A stretch of 61,070 bases of DNA, filler included, from 7 parts of 7 records of this genome joined end to end with filler, not necessarily neighbours in it, one strand, 5' to 3'; positions 1 through 9,884 are shown, counted from the whole stretch's first letter. Notes: generated from the letters alone by a model not told the origin. Translations and numbers: made by a program.

Positions 1-1
1 G

Positions 2-1741
2 CTAGAAGTTAAGGAAGAGCAGCAGTTATCCTTCTTTTCTCCAATACCCGATGAGCAACACAACAAGAACACTGGAAGTTACTATACTCCTCAATTCATT
101 GCGAGGTTTTTTGTAAGATTTTTGGAATCAAATATTGCGAACATACATGAACAGAATTTAAATTTCTTAGAGCCAGCAGTTGGTTCAGGAATTTTTGTAC
201 GTACCTTTTTAGAAAGTCAAATTGAAAATTCAAAGAAAAGAAATATTGATAATAACATTTTTAATTGTATTACTGCTGTTGACCTCAATCAAACCGCATG
301 CAATGCTGCTAATCTATCGTTATCCTTACTTCACTTAGTTAACTATGACAAATTCCCTGATGAGGAAATAAAATTACACGTCGCTGATTCCTTGGATTTC
401 TTTGAGGGAAGCAATTTTGATAATACAATGGATATTGTAATCTCAAATCCACCGTATGTTAAATACAACAGCCTCAACAGTAGCCTAAGAAGTAAGCTTA
501 AAGCATTTTTAGGGGAATATGGTTTCGGAAGAACGGACTTATACATTGCTTTTCTAAAAATTGCAATTGAATCATTAAAAGAAGGTGGGTATGCTTGTTT
601 TGTATTACCCAATACCTTTCTCTCAACTGATAGTGCCAACGTAATTAGGAAAGAAATTTCAAAGACTTGTGATGTCAAGTGTATTGTAGACCTTTCCGAC
701 AACAAGCAACGTATCTTTGAAGATGCCGGGGTATACCCCATTTTGCTAATTTTTCAAAAAGCTAAAACTAATTCCAGCGCAATAATTGCAAAGATTCAGG
801 ATAAGACTGGTCATGCTCTCTACAGTGTGCTCAACAAGAATCTAGTGGAGAATGATAATTTTTCCATTTATGAAGTGGAGCAAGATTTATTTCAAGAAGA
901 TATTTGGTATTTACTTCCACCTACAGAACACGAGCTAAAACACCAGTTAGTGAAAAATCCAAGGATTGAGGATTTCTTTGATGTGAGAACTGGGTTTGCC
1001 TCGGGGGATGTAAACGCATTCATATTAAATAGTAAAAAAATTCCAAATGAAGAAAAATCAATCTATGTGCCTTATTTGAGCGATAGGGAGATGATGCCAT
1101 ATGTATCGCAAGAAATGGTGGAGAATTACTTTTTTTATCCATACCTTAACGGGCAAAAAATTACGGAAAAACAATTAAGGCAGGACTTCCCAAAAACCTA
1201 TAATCATATTAGAAAGTTTGAAATGACTTTAAGGGAAAGGAGTGAAGTTAAAAAAGGAAGACTTGAATGGTGGATGCCAAACAGGCCAAGAAGTCCTAAA
1301 TTTATGATGATTCCTAAAATCTTGACACCACATTTAGTCTTTACTCCTAAGTTCAACATTGATTTTAATGGTGAGTTTTCGATATCCCGCGCACCCTTTT
1401 TAGTCCCTAAACAAGATTATTTTGAAACTGAATTGTTTTTTTACTTCACAGGAATATTGAATTCAAATATTTGTTTCTGGTATTTACTTTCCCATGCGCC
1501 AAAATATCAAAAAGGATTCGCCATGTTAGAACCTACTTATCTAAAAAGCCTTCCTGTTCCTGACCCATTCACTAATGATAGGCACAAGAAGTTATTAGTT
1601 CAAAAGGTAATTTCATTGGTAAAAGACAGGATAGTTTCCAAAACAAATGATAGAATAATGATTGAAAAGGATATTGACAAAACTGTGGCTGATTTGTATG
1701 GTCTCTCATTGTCCCAGAAAAACTATTTAGATATTTTATAA
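2..1741 (+). CDS. N6-adenine DNA methyltransferase, Eco57I/TaqI-like (gamma class), with C-terminal target-recognition region; 5'-partial
   Basis: Frame is open from base 2 (LEVKEE...NTGSYYTPQFIARFF, motif X). Motif I FLEPAVGSGIF, motif IV ISNPPY, then DLY..F and FVLP. TaqI_C-like C-terminus (PKILTP...GILNS...LKSLPVP). Confidence 0.9.
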   Translation, partial: LEVKEEQQLSFFSPIPDEQHNKNTGSYYTPQFIARFFVRFLESNIANIHEQNLNFLEPAVGSGIFVRTFLESQIENSKKRNIDNNIFNCITAVDLNQTACNAANLSLSLLHLVNYDKFPDEEIKLHVADSLDFFEGSNFDNTMDIVISNPPYVKYNSLNSSLRSKLKAFLGEYGFGRTDLYIAFLKIAIESLKEGGYACFVLPNTFLSTDSANVIRKEISKTCDVKCIVDLSDNKQRIFEDAGVYPILLIFQKAKTNSSAIIAKIQDKTGHALYSVLNKNLVENDNFSIYEVEQDLFQEDIWYLLPPTEHELKHQLVKNPRIEDFFDVRTGFASGDVNAFILNSKKIPNEEKSIYVPYLSDREMMPYVSQEMVENYFFYPYLNGQKITEKQLRQDFPKTYNHIRKFEMTLRERSEVKKGRLEWWMPNRPRSPKFMMIPKILTPHLVFTPKFNIDFNGEFSISRAPFLVPKQDYFETELFFYFTGILNSNICFWYLLSHAPKYQKGFAMLEPTYLKSLPVPDPFTNDRHKKLLVQKVISLVKDRIVSKTNDRIMIEKDIDKTVADLYGLSLSQKNYLDIL

Positions 1742-2274
1742 TGGCAATCATTTTAGATAATAAGCAGTTTACAAGAAGGGGAGCTGAGATAAGAAGGTTG
1801 TTAAATCCATTATCTAAAGACAATAATTCAGTTTCGGTGAGAGTTGCAAGGCCTCAACATAGAGGTACAATAACTTTGGGGGCATTTGGTGGTCAATATG
1901 TAAATGGAACAGATTACAAAGATTGGTCATTCAAAACAAAAAGCACAGCATTTAATGCTTCATATTTTGAAGTTTGGAGTAGCGTGGAAAATAAATTTTC
2001 ATTAGAAAAGGCATATTTTAAGCTTATGAGCTATGAAGAAAGGTCAAATCAAGAGGTTTTGTCACTTCATATTGACCCAACTGAAAGTGATTTAAAATAT
2101 AAAACTGGGCCCCATGTTCATGTAAAAAGAACAACTATCAGGCAATTAGAAAAGGCACATATCTCACTTAATTTAAGTGACCTAAAGGAAGTTGTTAATT
2201 CATATGAAAAGTTTAACCAAGCCTATCGTAATGCTCTGACAATGATTAATGATGAAATAATTATGCAGCAATAA
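1741..2274 (+). CDS. Hypothetical protein (177 aa) with LHIDP...PHVH motif, translationally coupled to the methyltransferase
   Basis: ATG overlaps the TAA of the methyltransferase (TAATG at 1739-1743). Same AT-rich codon style. No family recognised. Confidence 0.75.
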   Translation: MAIILDNKQFTRRGAEIRRLLNPLSKDNNSVSVRVARPQHRGTITLGAFGGQYVNGTDYKDWSFKTKSTAFNASYFEVWSSVENKFSLEKAYFKLMSYEERSNQEVLSLHIDPTESDLKYKTGPHVHVKRTTIRQLEKAHISLNLSDLKEVVNSYEKFNQAYRNALTMINDEIIMQQ

Positions 2275-2359
2275 TTGTATTTCGTAATATTCCTTTAAGC
2301 TACACATAAGGGGGAGAAATGAACTAAATAAATCCCCTCTTACCCATGAGGTGCTATGC

Positions 2360-2470
2360 TTTAACGACCGGATATCTAAATCTGCTTATTCTCAATTTTG
2401 CGTATACCTGCTGTAAATAAGTTCCACCTGGTTCTCGACCAGTGCATCGTCTTTGGGTTTTCTTGCCTGT
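2360..2470 (-). pseudogene. Degenerate IS21-family transposase (IstA) fragment
   Basis: Minus strand reads ARKPKDDALVENQVELIYSR, then after a frameshift YAKLR. This resembles the KPxDKALVENxV..IY.R.YA.LR segment around the catalytic Glu of Bacteroidota IstA. Confidence 0.6.
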
Positions 2471-2768
2471 GCTTCATCTTTATCTATCTATGGCACTATT
2501 CTGATTTCTATTATTAGCTTTTTGACAAGTTGACTTGGAATGGAATTATAGATTTCTTCTCTTTTGTCCTTCTTGGAACAATTCATTACTTTTAATTACT
2601 GTTCAAAATAAAGTTTTCATAATTATATTCTATAAATTTATATCACAAAGGAACAGTAACAAAACTCGTTTCCTTTTCCTGATTTGTAAGCATCAGGCAT
2701 TGTGTGAAATATGAGTGTTGAGACTGAGAATAATACTCAATTATTGTTATTTTATTATTGGCAAGATC

Positions 2769-3683
2769 ATGGAGTATATATCCGTATATAATATTATTCT
2801 TGTTGGACCTCCGGGATCGGGAAAAACGATGCTGGCAAAACGTATCCCGACAGTCCTTCCACCTTTCTCATTAAAAGAGGCCTTGGAGACAACAAAGATC
2901 CATTCGGTTGCAGGAAAGATTGATAAGGAAACTTCGTTAATGACCAGCCGGCCTTTTCGAAGCCCCCATCATACCATTTCCGATGTTGCATTAGTTGGTG
3001 GTGGAAATTATCCACAACCAGGGGAAATTTCCCTTTCTCATAATGGTGTTTTATTTCTGGATGAACTTCCTGAGTTTAAACGACAGGTGCTTGAAGTTAT
3101 GCGCCAACCTCTGGAAGACCGGTACATCACCATATCACGAGCCAAATTTTCGGTTGAATATCCTGCAAGCTTTATGTTGGTAGCATCCATGAATCCATGT
3201 CCCTGTGGTTATTACAATCACCCTGGCAAAGATTGTGTTTGTGCCCCTGGTGTGGTTCAGAAATACCTTAATAAAATCTCCGGGCCTTTACTCGACAGAA
3301 TCGACATTCATCTTGAGGTTGTGCCTGTTCCGTTTAAAAAGCTGGCTGAAATGGAGTCTTCGGAAAACAGTGAGATAGTTCGCGAACGTGTGATGAAAGC
3401 GAGAAAAAAACAGGAAGAGCGTTTTGCCAACCACAAGGGAGTTTATGCCAATGCCCAAATGAGTTCGAAACTAATCCGTGAATACGTCGTATTGGATGAG
3501 GAGAGTAATGATTTGATTAAAAATGCAATGGACAGGTTAGGACTTTCAGCACGTGCCTACGACCGGATTCTAAAAGTCTCCCGAACGATTGCAGATCTGG
3601 AAGGCAAAGAAAATGTGGAAGCCGATCATTTATCGGAGGCAATACATTACCGAAGTTTGGATCGGGAGAACTGGGGTGGATAG
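2769..3683 (+). CDS. comM: ComM/YifB Mg-chelatase-like AAA+ ATPase, C-terminal half only (N-terminal region absent)
   Basis: [13 protein letters not shown] Walker [63 protein letters not shown]. Similarity begins abruptly at about 2790. Confidence 0.9.
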   Translation: MEYISVYNIILVGPPGSGKTMLAKRIPTVLPPFSLKEALETTKIHSVAGKIDKETSLMTSRPFRSPHHTISDVALVGGGNYPQPGEISLSHNGVLFLDELPEFKRQVLEVMRQPLEDRYITISRAKFSVEYPASFMLVASMNPCPCGYYNHPGKDCVCAPGVVQKYLNKISGPLLDRIDIHLEVVPVPFKKLAEMESSENSEIVRERVMKARKKQEERFANHKGVYANAQMSSKLIREYVVLDEESNDLIKNAMDRLGLSARAYDRILKVSRTIADLEGKENVEADHLSEAIHYRSLDRENWGG

Positions 3684-3699
3684 AGTTAACTTATTTGCT

Positions 3700-4159
3700 A
3701 TGACTGAAATGAAAAGTAACGAAATTAGCCTTGTTATGCCTGATGAAATAATTCTGAATAAAATTTATCTCATTAGAGAACAGAAGGTAATATCTGATAG
3801 TGATCTCGCTGAACTTTATGGTGTTGAAACCAAACGATTAAATGAACAGGTGAAGCGTAACACTTCTCGCTTTCCAAAAGATTTTGTGTTTCAGTTAAAC
3901 GGCCATGAGTATGAGAACTTCAAGTCGCAATTTGAGACTTCAAGTTGGGGAGGAAGACGAAAACCTCCTTTTGTTTTTACGGATCACGGGTATTAATGCT
4001 TTCGAGTATCTTAAATAGTGAAAGGGCAATTTAGGAAAATTCAAAATCAGGATAAAAATATTGAGTTGGTTTTCACTTACCGGTATGAGTTAAGGAATAA
4101 AAACAGCTGAGCCTGATAAAGGGCGACGGATTGGATATAAACAAAAAGGAGAAGCATAA
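3700..4159 (+). pseudogene. ORF6N-domain DNA-binding protein pseudogene
   Basis: KIYLIREQKV..DSDLAELYGVETKRLNEQVKRN..RFP.DF.FQL...WGGRRKPPFVFTDHG. After a frameshift near 3990 it continues LMLSSILNSERAI*. Later frames give QDKNIELVF and RRIGYK..* (stop 4157-4159). Confidence 0.8.
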
Positions 4160-4180
4160 ATAATTAACGAAATAACTAAC

Positions 4181-5650
4181 ATGAAAAACAAAAAGTATCC
4201 GGTAACAAGACGAGACTTTATTAAAGTTTCAGCAGCCACAACGGCTGCAGTTTCCACCTTGAGCTTGGGAGCCTGTAATACAGATAAGGTTCCTGCACCG
4301 ATGAAGCGACCGTTTGGCAAACTTGGATTTAACGTAACTACTTTGGGGCTGGGTGGACAGGCTTCTATTCAATGGACCCCGGAGGATGTTGATCCGGTAG
4401 CAATCATATTAAAAGCATTTGATTTGGGGATTAATTATTTCGACACCTCAAATTTGTACCACAAAAGCCAGCTCAATTTCAATGGAGCATTTAAAAAGCT
4501 GAACCTTATACCGGGAAAAGAAGGTTATGATGAACACCTTCGAGAATCGATTTGGTTAACCAGTAAAACCGGTATGCGCTGGGGAAAACCTGGTTGGCCG
4601 GAACGTGAAGGAGTTAATAACTGGAGTCAGGGAGAAAATGTTGAATGCGCCGTAGATGATGTAAAACGTTCGCTTACCCAAATGTTTGGAGACGGAAAGG
4701 GCTTTTATCCCGAAGGAGCTTATCTGGATATGGTGCTTTGTCATACTTTAAATAGCCCCGCTGAAGTAGACGTGCTTTATGAAGGATTGGAAACTCCTCT
4801 CGATCCGAAGGGGAATTTTGGAGCATTGGTAGCTTTACGCGATCTGCGCGACGGTACCAATCTTACCGGGATGAACCCAAAAAATGAAAAATTAATAAGG
4901 CACATCGGTTTTTCAGGACATGCGCATCCTCCTGCCATGATTGATATGATTCAAAGGGATGAATACGGTATTTTGGAAGGTATGTTAATTGCCATAAATG
5001 CAAACGATAAAACCAAAATGAATATGCAGCATAATGTTATTCCTATTGCTGAATCTAAGGGGATGGGGATAATTGGCATGAAAGTTTTTGCCGATGCAGC
5101 GATGTATCACAAAGAACCACGTTGGTCTCAAACGCCTGAAGATGTTTTTCGTAAAATTGGATCGGCCGAACTTCCCAGTAAACCGCTAATTGAATATTCG
5201 CTTACAACACCGGGGGTACACACCTTAATTATTGGAATTGGACATATCGATGATGATTCGATGAATTGTCAACTTGTGCAGAATTACTATGCTTCACAAA
5301 TTGCACCCGATGGGATGAGTCCGGAAGAACGTAAACGAATTGAAGAGCAGGCCAAAGTTGTACGTCCGGAAAGTAACTATTTTCAACGTATTGAGAAGTC
5401 CAGGCTGTCGGCCCCACGTAATACAAAGGTTGAAGAAGGTTTGGTTACCTGGCAAACGGCACTGGCCGACGAAGAACCAATCTCTCATTACGAAGTGATA
5501 GTAAACGGGAGGTTGGCAGGTAAAGTTGAGCATAAACCTCAAGTGTTAAAAAGCAAACCTTTTACATTTAAGCTGGAGGAATCTACTGCCGAGATTATTC
5601 TGGTTACTGTTGATAATGCGGGACAGCGGGCTGAGTCTGATCCGATTTAA
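4181..5650 (+). CDS. Tat-exported aldo/keto reductase-family protein with small C-terminal beta-rich (Fn3-like) domain
   Basis: TRRDFIK twin-arginine motif and LSLGAC lipobox. AKR motifs LGLGG, GINYFDTSNLY, IRHIGFSGH, GIIGMKVF. Confidence 0.8.
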   Translation: MKNKKYPVTRRDFIKVSAATTAAVSTLSLGACNTDKVPAPMKRPFGKLGFNVTTLGLGGQASIQWTPEDVDPVAIILKAFDLGINYFDTSNLYHKSQLNFNGAFKKLNLIPGKEGYDEHLRESIWLTSKTGMRWGKPGWPEREGVNNWSQGENVECAVDDVKRSLTQMFGDGKGFYPEGAYLDMVLCHTLNSPAEVDVLYEGLETPLDPKGNFGALVALRDLRDGTNLTGMNPKNEKLIRHIGFSGHAHPPAMIDMIQRDEYGILEGMLIAINANDKTKMNMQHNVIPIAESKGMGIIGMKVFADAAMYHKEPRWSQTPEDVFRKIGSAELPSKPLIEYSLTTPGVHTLIIGIGHIDDDSMNCQLVQNYYASQIAPDGMSPEERKRIEEQAKVVRPESNYFQRIEKSRLSAPRNTKVEEGLVTWQTALADEEPISHYEVIVNGRLAGKVEHKPQVLKSKPFTFKLEESTAEIILVTVDNAGQRAESDPI

Positions 5651-5734
5651 TTAAATTTTAATCTTTAATCTTAGGAATTATATGAACTAATTTATGTACT
5701 ATTGGTTCAATATTGAAAAACAAAAATTAACTAT

Positions 5735-6400
5735 ATGGTAGATAGAATCTCAGATCCAATCGGACGATTAATGGGACTTCGATATAAATCTCATCCCTGG
5801 CACGGTGTGCATATTGGAGATAAGGCCCCGGATGAATTAACGGCATTTATTGAAGTGGTTTCAACCGATACGGTTAAGTATGAGATAGATAAGGATAGTG
5901 GTTATCTTCGTGTTGACCGTCCGCAGAAATTTTCGAACGTTGTTCCGGCCTTGTATGGTTTTATTCCGCAAACCTTTTGTGGCGATAAAGTAGGTCAGTT
6001 TTGTAATGAAAAAACAGGTCGTAAAGATATAAAAGGCGATGGTGATCCGATTGATATTTGTGTATTGACCGAGAAAGACCTGGCGCATGGCGACTTGTTG
6101 GTAACAGCGCGTCCGATAGGAGGTTTTAGAATGATTGATGGAAACCAGGCAGATGATAAAATCATTGCTGTTTTAAATAATGATACGGTTTACGGACATT
6201 TTAAGGATGTTTCGGAAGTGCCGGAGATTGTAATCAGACGTTTGGAACACTATTTCCTGACTTATAAGGATATGCCGGGTGTTGATCTGAATACCGAAAT
6301 TACTGCCACTTACGGATTTGAAGAGGCACATAAAGTTATTCGTCTTTCGGTGGAAGATTACAATGAAAAGTTTGCAAACTTAGGAAAACTACTATCGTAG
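5735..6400 (+). CDS. ppa: Inorganic pyrophosphatase (family I)
   Basis: HPWH, KYEIDK..G.LRVDR, YGFIPQT, GDGDPIDI, D...ADDKIIAV. Confidence 0.93.
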   Translation: MVDRISDPIGRLMGLRYKSHPWHGVHIGDKAPDELTAFIEVVSTDTVKYEIDKDSGYLRVDRPQKFSNVVPALYGFIPQTFCGDKVGQFCNEKTGRKDIKGDGDPIDICVLTEKDLAHGDLLVTARPIGGFRMIDGNQADDKIIAVLNNDTVYGHFKDVSEVPEIVIRRLEHYFLTYKDMPGVDLNTEITATYGFEEAHKVIRLSVEDYNEKFANLGKLLS

Positions 6401-6417
6401 TTGAAGGCAAAACATTT

Positions 6418-6515
6418 AATCGCAGGATAGCAAAGCTTCTCGTAAAGCACACAAGATTGGCAACATACTTGTCAGTAATTGAGTGATTTCCGACATCTTT
6501 GCGCACCTTGCGGTT
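6418..6515. repeat. Imperfect inverted-repeat (REP-like) element between convergent genes
   Basis: AATCGCAGGATAGCAAAG (6418-6435) pairs imperfectly with CTTTGCGCACCTTGCGGTT (6497-6515). Confidence 0.45.
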
Positions 6516-6530
6516 CTTAAATTCGTGTTC

Positions 6531-8282
6531 CTAATAAATTCTCCCAACCGGATATCTTTCAAATGATTTTTCAGCCCATTCAGAATTATTATAGATGTAG
6601 GCTAGTTGTGCCCGATGGTTTTGAGCAAATTCGGGATCTGTTTTTCGTTTGTTTTCAAATTTCGTTCTGAATTCCGGGTGTTCATCTAAATACTTTAACG
6701 CATTTTCTTCATAACCATAAGAAGAGAAATATTCGCGGGCATCAAGAATCTGATCAAAGAAATTCCATTTAAAAAATGAATCTCTGGCTTTTGGTTCCAA
6801 CATTTCAAGCAGGTATTTGATTTTAGGTTGGCGCACCGGAATAATTAAATCACCTGCATAATAATTTATTTTCTGAACTTCGTTGCGTATACTTACCTCT
6901 TGGTGAAAATAATGGCCGTTAAATGGCTGTTTCGCATTTGAATATTCATCTATATAATAAACTTCAACTTCTATTGTAGTATCGTTTTGTAATCGTTCAA
7001 ATTTAATTTCATTCATTTTAAGCCGGTCTACAACCGATTTCCAGGCCTGTGGCAAAATATAGTATTCCGGCACCCTTATTTCTTCTGTTGGTTTATAAAT
7101 GGTAAAGAATTTAATGTTAGTGGTATACGGTTTACTTTTGTCGTATCCGAAACGTGGTAATCCGGTTACGGGACTAATTTGATCCAGATCAACTTCGTAT
7201 CCTTTAAATTCAAGCATTTCGAATTTGGTTGTATCCAATTCAAAATTAATTGGATGCGTTTTTGCTGCCATTGATTCTTTCGTTCCGGTTTTTCTGCTTT
7301 CAATAATTTCGGTGGAATGATTTGACGTAAACTTTGCCAATACCTCAATGAACTGATAACACGATTTTACACGATCGGAATAAGCTTTATATACATGGTT
7401 TTCGGTCATCATACCATAACAATTAAAAAGATTGGCATAACCCGAAGAGTAGCGGGGACTTTCCTGCGTCATTTTAATTCCCATCTTCGGATCGGGGTAC
7501 ATCCAGCTAACGTATGGTATCAGTTCGTACTCTCTTTTTTTCATATTGCTGTATAGTCCGGGTAATAATTCTTCCCTGATAAATTTCTCCTGGGTTGGAG
7601 GGAACATATCGGGCGAAGGTGCAATTAATGTAACATGGTACTGATGGTCTGAGCCGTTTGTGGTATGTGTGTCAAGAAAAACATCGGGATTCCATTTGGA
7701 AAAAATGCGGTTAAAATTTTTGGCATTTTCCGAGTCGCATTTTACAAAATCTCGATTTAGATCAAGGTTCCCGGCATTACCTCTAAAACCAGTTTCGTTC
7801 GGAGTGGTTTGTCCTGAACGATTGTATGCACTACGGTTTAATAAACCACCAATACTATATGCCGGAATGATAATAATAACTGTATTTTCAAGAACTGCTG
7901 CCAGCTTATTGTGATTTCTCAGAATATTATCGGCAAATTGAAGACTGGCATCTATCCCACAAGGTTCACCCGCATGAATACCATTGTTAATCAGTAAAAT
8001 TGATTTCCCTTGAGCTCTAATTTTTTCCGGATTAAATTCAGGTTCATCGTTAATTATAAAAGTGTGTAGCGGTTTTCCACTGTCAGTTAGGCCATTTTCA
8101 GTAAGAATTGCATTTTCGTAATGAGCATCAAGCTTTTCAAACATTTCAATAACCTCATAGTAGGTTGGGGTGTAGTTTTGCTCGTATTTCAGGTTCAGTA
8201 ACGGTTTTTGTGCAAAAGTCAGAATATTATACGATAAGAAAACAACAATCAATAACAAGCGATTCATAGTTTGTATTTTCAA
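6531..8282 (-). CDS. M14 family zinc carboxypeptidase, secreted
   Basis: Signal peptide; GIHAGE (HxxE), LDLNRDF, FLDTHT motifs. Confidence 0.88.
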   Translation of the reverse strand: MKIQTMNRLLLIVVFLSYNILTFAQKPLLNLKYEQNYTPTYYEVIEMFEKLDAHYENAILTENGLTDSGKPLHTFIINDEPEFNPEKIRAQGKSILLINNGIHAGEPCGIDASLQFADNILRNHNKLAAVLENTVIIIIPAYSIGGLLNRSAYNRSGQTTPNETGFRGNAGNLDLNRDFVKCDSENAKNFNRIFSKWNPDVFLDTHTTNGSDHQYHVTLIAPSPDMFPPTQEKFIREELLPGLYSNMKKREYELIPYVSWMYPDPKMGIKMTQESPRYSSGYANLFNCYGMMTENHVYKAYSDRVKSCYQFIEVLAKFTSNHSTEIIESRKTGTKESMAAKTHPINFELDTTKFEMLEFKGYEVDLDQISPVTGLPRFGYDKSKPYTTNIKFFTIYKPTEEIRVPEYYILPQAWKSVVDRLKMNEIKFERLQNDTTIEVEVYYIDEYSNAKQPFNGHYFHQEVSIRNEVQKINYYAGDLIIPVRQPKIKYLLEMLEPKARDSFFKWNFFDQILDAREYFSSYGYEENALKYLDEHPEFRTKFENKRKTDPEFAQNHRAQLAYIYNNSEWAEKSFERYPVGRIY

Positions 8283-8361
8283 TGTTAAACTTGTTTGTAT
8301 TTTTATTTGGAAGGAACAATGTTCCGGTTTAAAGTTAATAAACCGGAAATGGAACTGCCAA

Positions 8362-8862
8362 CTACCCTTTTCGTTCTAAATCCAGGTAAGAATATTTAAA
8401 GTCATTTTTTTTGTCATACAAATTTTCACGTGCTGTTTCATCCCATTCTGAATAATTTATTTCTGGAAAATAAATGTCTGCATCAAACGATTTGTGAACA
8501 AGTGTAAGGTAAAGTTTTCCGGCAATAGGGTAGAATTGTTTGTAAATCATGCCTCCGCCAATTACAAAGGCTTCTTCCTCGTTTTTTACTTTCTCAATAG
8601 CTTCTTCAATGGAGAAAACCGTTTCGCAACCCGGGAATACATCCTCTTGCTTATCGGTAATAACAATATGGCGTCGGTTTGGAAGTGGCCATTTGGGAAG
8701 CGAAAGTAAAGTGTTTCGACCCATAATTATGGTATGCCCACTGGTAATGGCTTTAAACCTTTTTAAGTCGTTGGGCAGGTGAAAAAGCAAATCGTTGTTT
8801 TTTCCAATCGCGAAATTTTCTGCAATGGCAACTATAATTGAAACATTCTTGTATATGCTCAT
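8362..8862 (-). CDS. folA: Dihydrofolate reductase
   Basis: IIVAIAENFAIGKNNDLL, DLKRFK, IIMGRNT, PLPNRR, VIGGGMIY, ADIYFP; downstream of thyA. Confidence 0.95.
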   Translation of the reverse strand: MSIYKNVSIIVAIAENFAIGKNNDLLFHLPNDLKRFKAITSGHTIIMGRNTLLSLPKWPLPNRRHIVITDKQEDVFPGCETVFSIEEAIEKVKNEEEAFVIGGGMIYKQFYPIAGKLYLTLVHKSFDADIYFPEINYSEWDETARENLYDKKNDFKYSYLDLERKG

Positions 8863-8888
8863 GGTCTTTTTAATTCTTACAGATTAAC

Positions 8889-9683
8889 TTAAACAGCTAC
8901 CGCTCCTTTTATGTGGGGATGTGCTCGGTAGTCAGTTAATTCAAAATCTTCAAATTTAAAATCAAATATACTTTTTACATCCGGATTAATTTTCATTGTT
9001 GGCAGCGCATAGGGGGTGCGTGTTAACTGCAGTTTTACTTGCTCAATGTGGTTCGAATAAATATGAACATCACCAAAAGTGTGCACAAAATCACCCGGTT
9101 GAAGACCCGTAGCCTGTGCCATCATCATGGTTAACAGGGCGTACGATGCAATGTTAAACGGAACACCTAAAAATACATCGGCACTACGTTGATACAACTG
9201 ACACGATAGTTTACCATCGGCCACATAAAACTGGAAAAGAATATGGCAGGGGGGCAGGTTCATTTTGTCTAATTCACCTACATTCCATGCACTAACCAGG
9301 TGACGGCGCGAATCCGGATTCTTTTTGATTGTATCCATTACCTGCGAAACCTGATCGATGTGGTTTCCATCAGGAGTTGGCCAACTGCGCCACTGGTAAC
9401 CATAGATGTGTCCAAGGTTTCCGTCATCGTCGGCCCATTCATTCCAGATACGTACTCCATGGTCTTGTAAATACTTTATATTGGTATCTCCTTTTAAAAA
9501 CCAAAGTAGCTCGTAAATGATTGATTTTAAGTGCAGTTTTTTTGTGGTAACCATTGGGAAACCAGCACTTAAATCAAAACGCATTTGGTGCCCAAAGCGG
9601 CTTATTGTACCAGTTCCTGTTCGGTCTTCCTTTACCGTTCCTTTTTCTAAAATAGTTTCCAACAAATCTAAATACTGCCTCAT
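8889..9683 (-). CDS. thyA: Thymidylate synthase
   Basis: [41 protein letters not shown]. Confidence 0.98.
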   Translation of the reverse strand: MRQYLDLLETILEKGTVKEDRTGTGTISRFGHQMRFDLSAGFPMVTTKKLHLKSIIYELLWFLKGDTNIKYLQDHGVRIWNEWADDDGNLGHIYGYQWRSWPTPDGNHIDQVSQVMDTIKKNPDSRRHLVSAWNVGELDKMNLPPCHILFQFYVADGKLSCQLYQRSADVFLGVPFNIASYALLTMMMAQATGLQPGDFVHTFGDVHIYSNHIEQVKLQLTRTPYALPTMKINPDVKSIFDFKFEDFELTDYRAHPHIKGAVAV

Positions 9684-9739
9684 AACTTATATTATTTAAT
9701 CGTTGCCCGTCTCCAATTCGGGTAAAAACGATACGGGTG

Positions 9740-9747
9740 CAAAAATA
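9740..9747 (-). promoter_or_regulatory. Bacteroidota -7 promoter element (TAnnTTTG) upstream of thyA-folA
   Basis: Minus strand reads TATTTTTG about 57 nt upstream of the thyA start. Confidence 0.5.
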
Positions 9748-9884
9748 TGTTTTTGAGGATTGCCGTTTCAAAAAAGAGACAGATAAATATCCACAATTGT
9801 TTTAAGGTTGTTAACGAATTTGCCATTTGGTTTAATGCACAGCGATACCCTGACTTAGGGTGATGGTATTACTAAGCATTAAAT

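Noticed and set aside
3589-3699. N-terminal extension of ORF 3589-3996
   Set aside because: It overlaps the comM 3' end in another frame; ORF6N similarity begins only after the ATG at 3700.
8362-9683. thyA-folA as mobile trimethoprim-resistance or phage cargo
   Set aside because: Ordinary chromosomal arrangement among housekeeping genes, with no integron, IS or phage genes adjacent.
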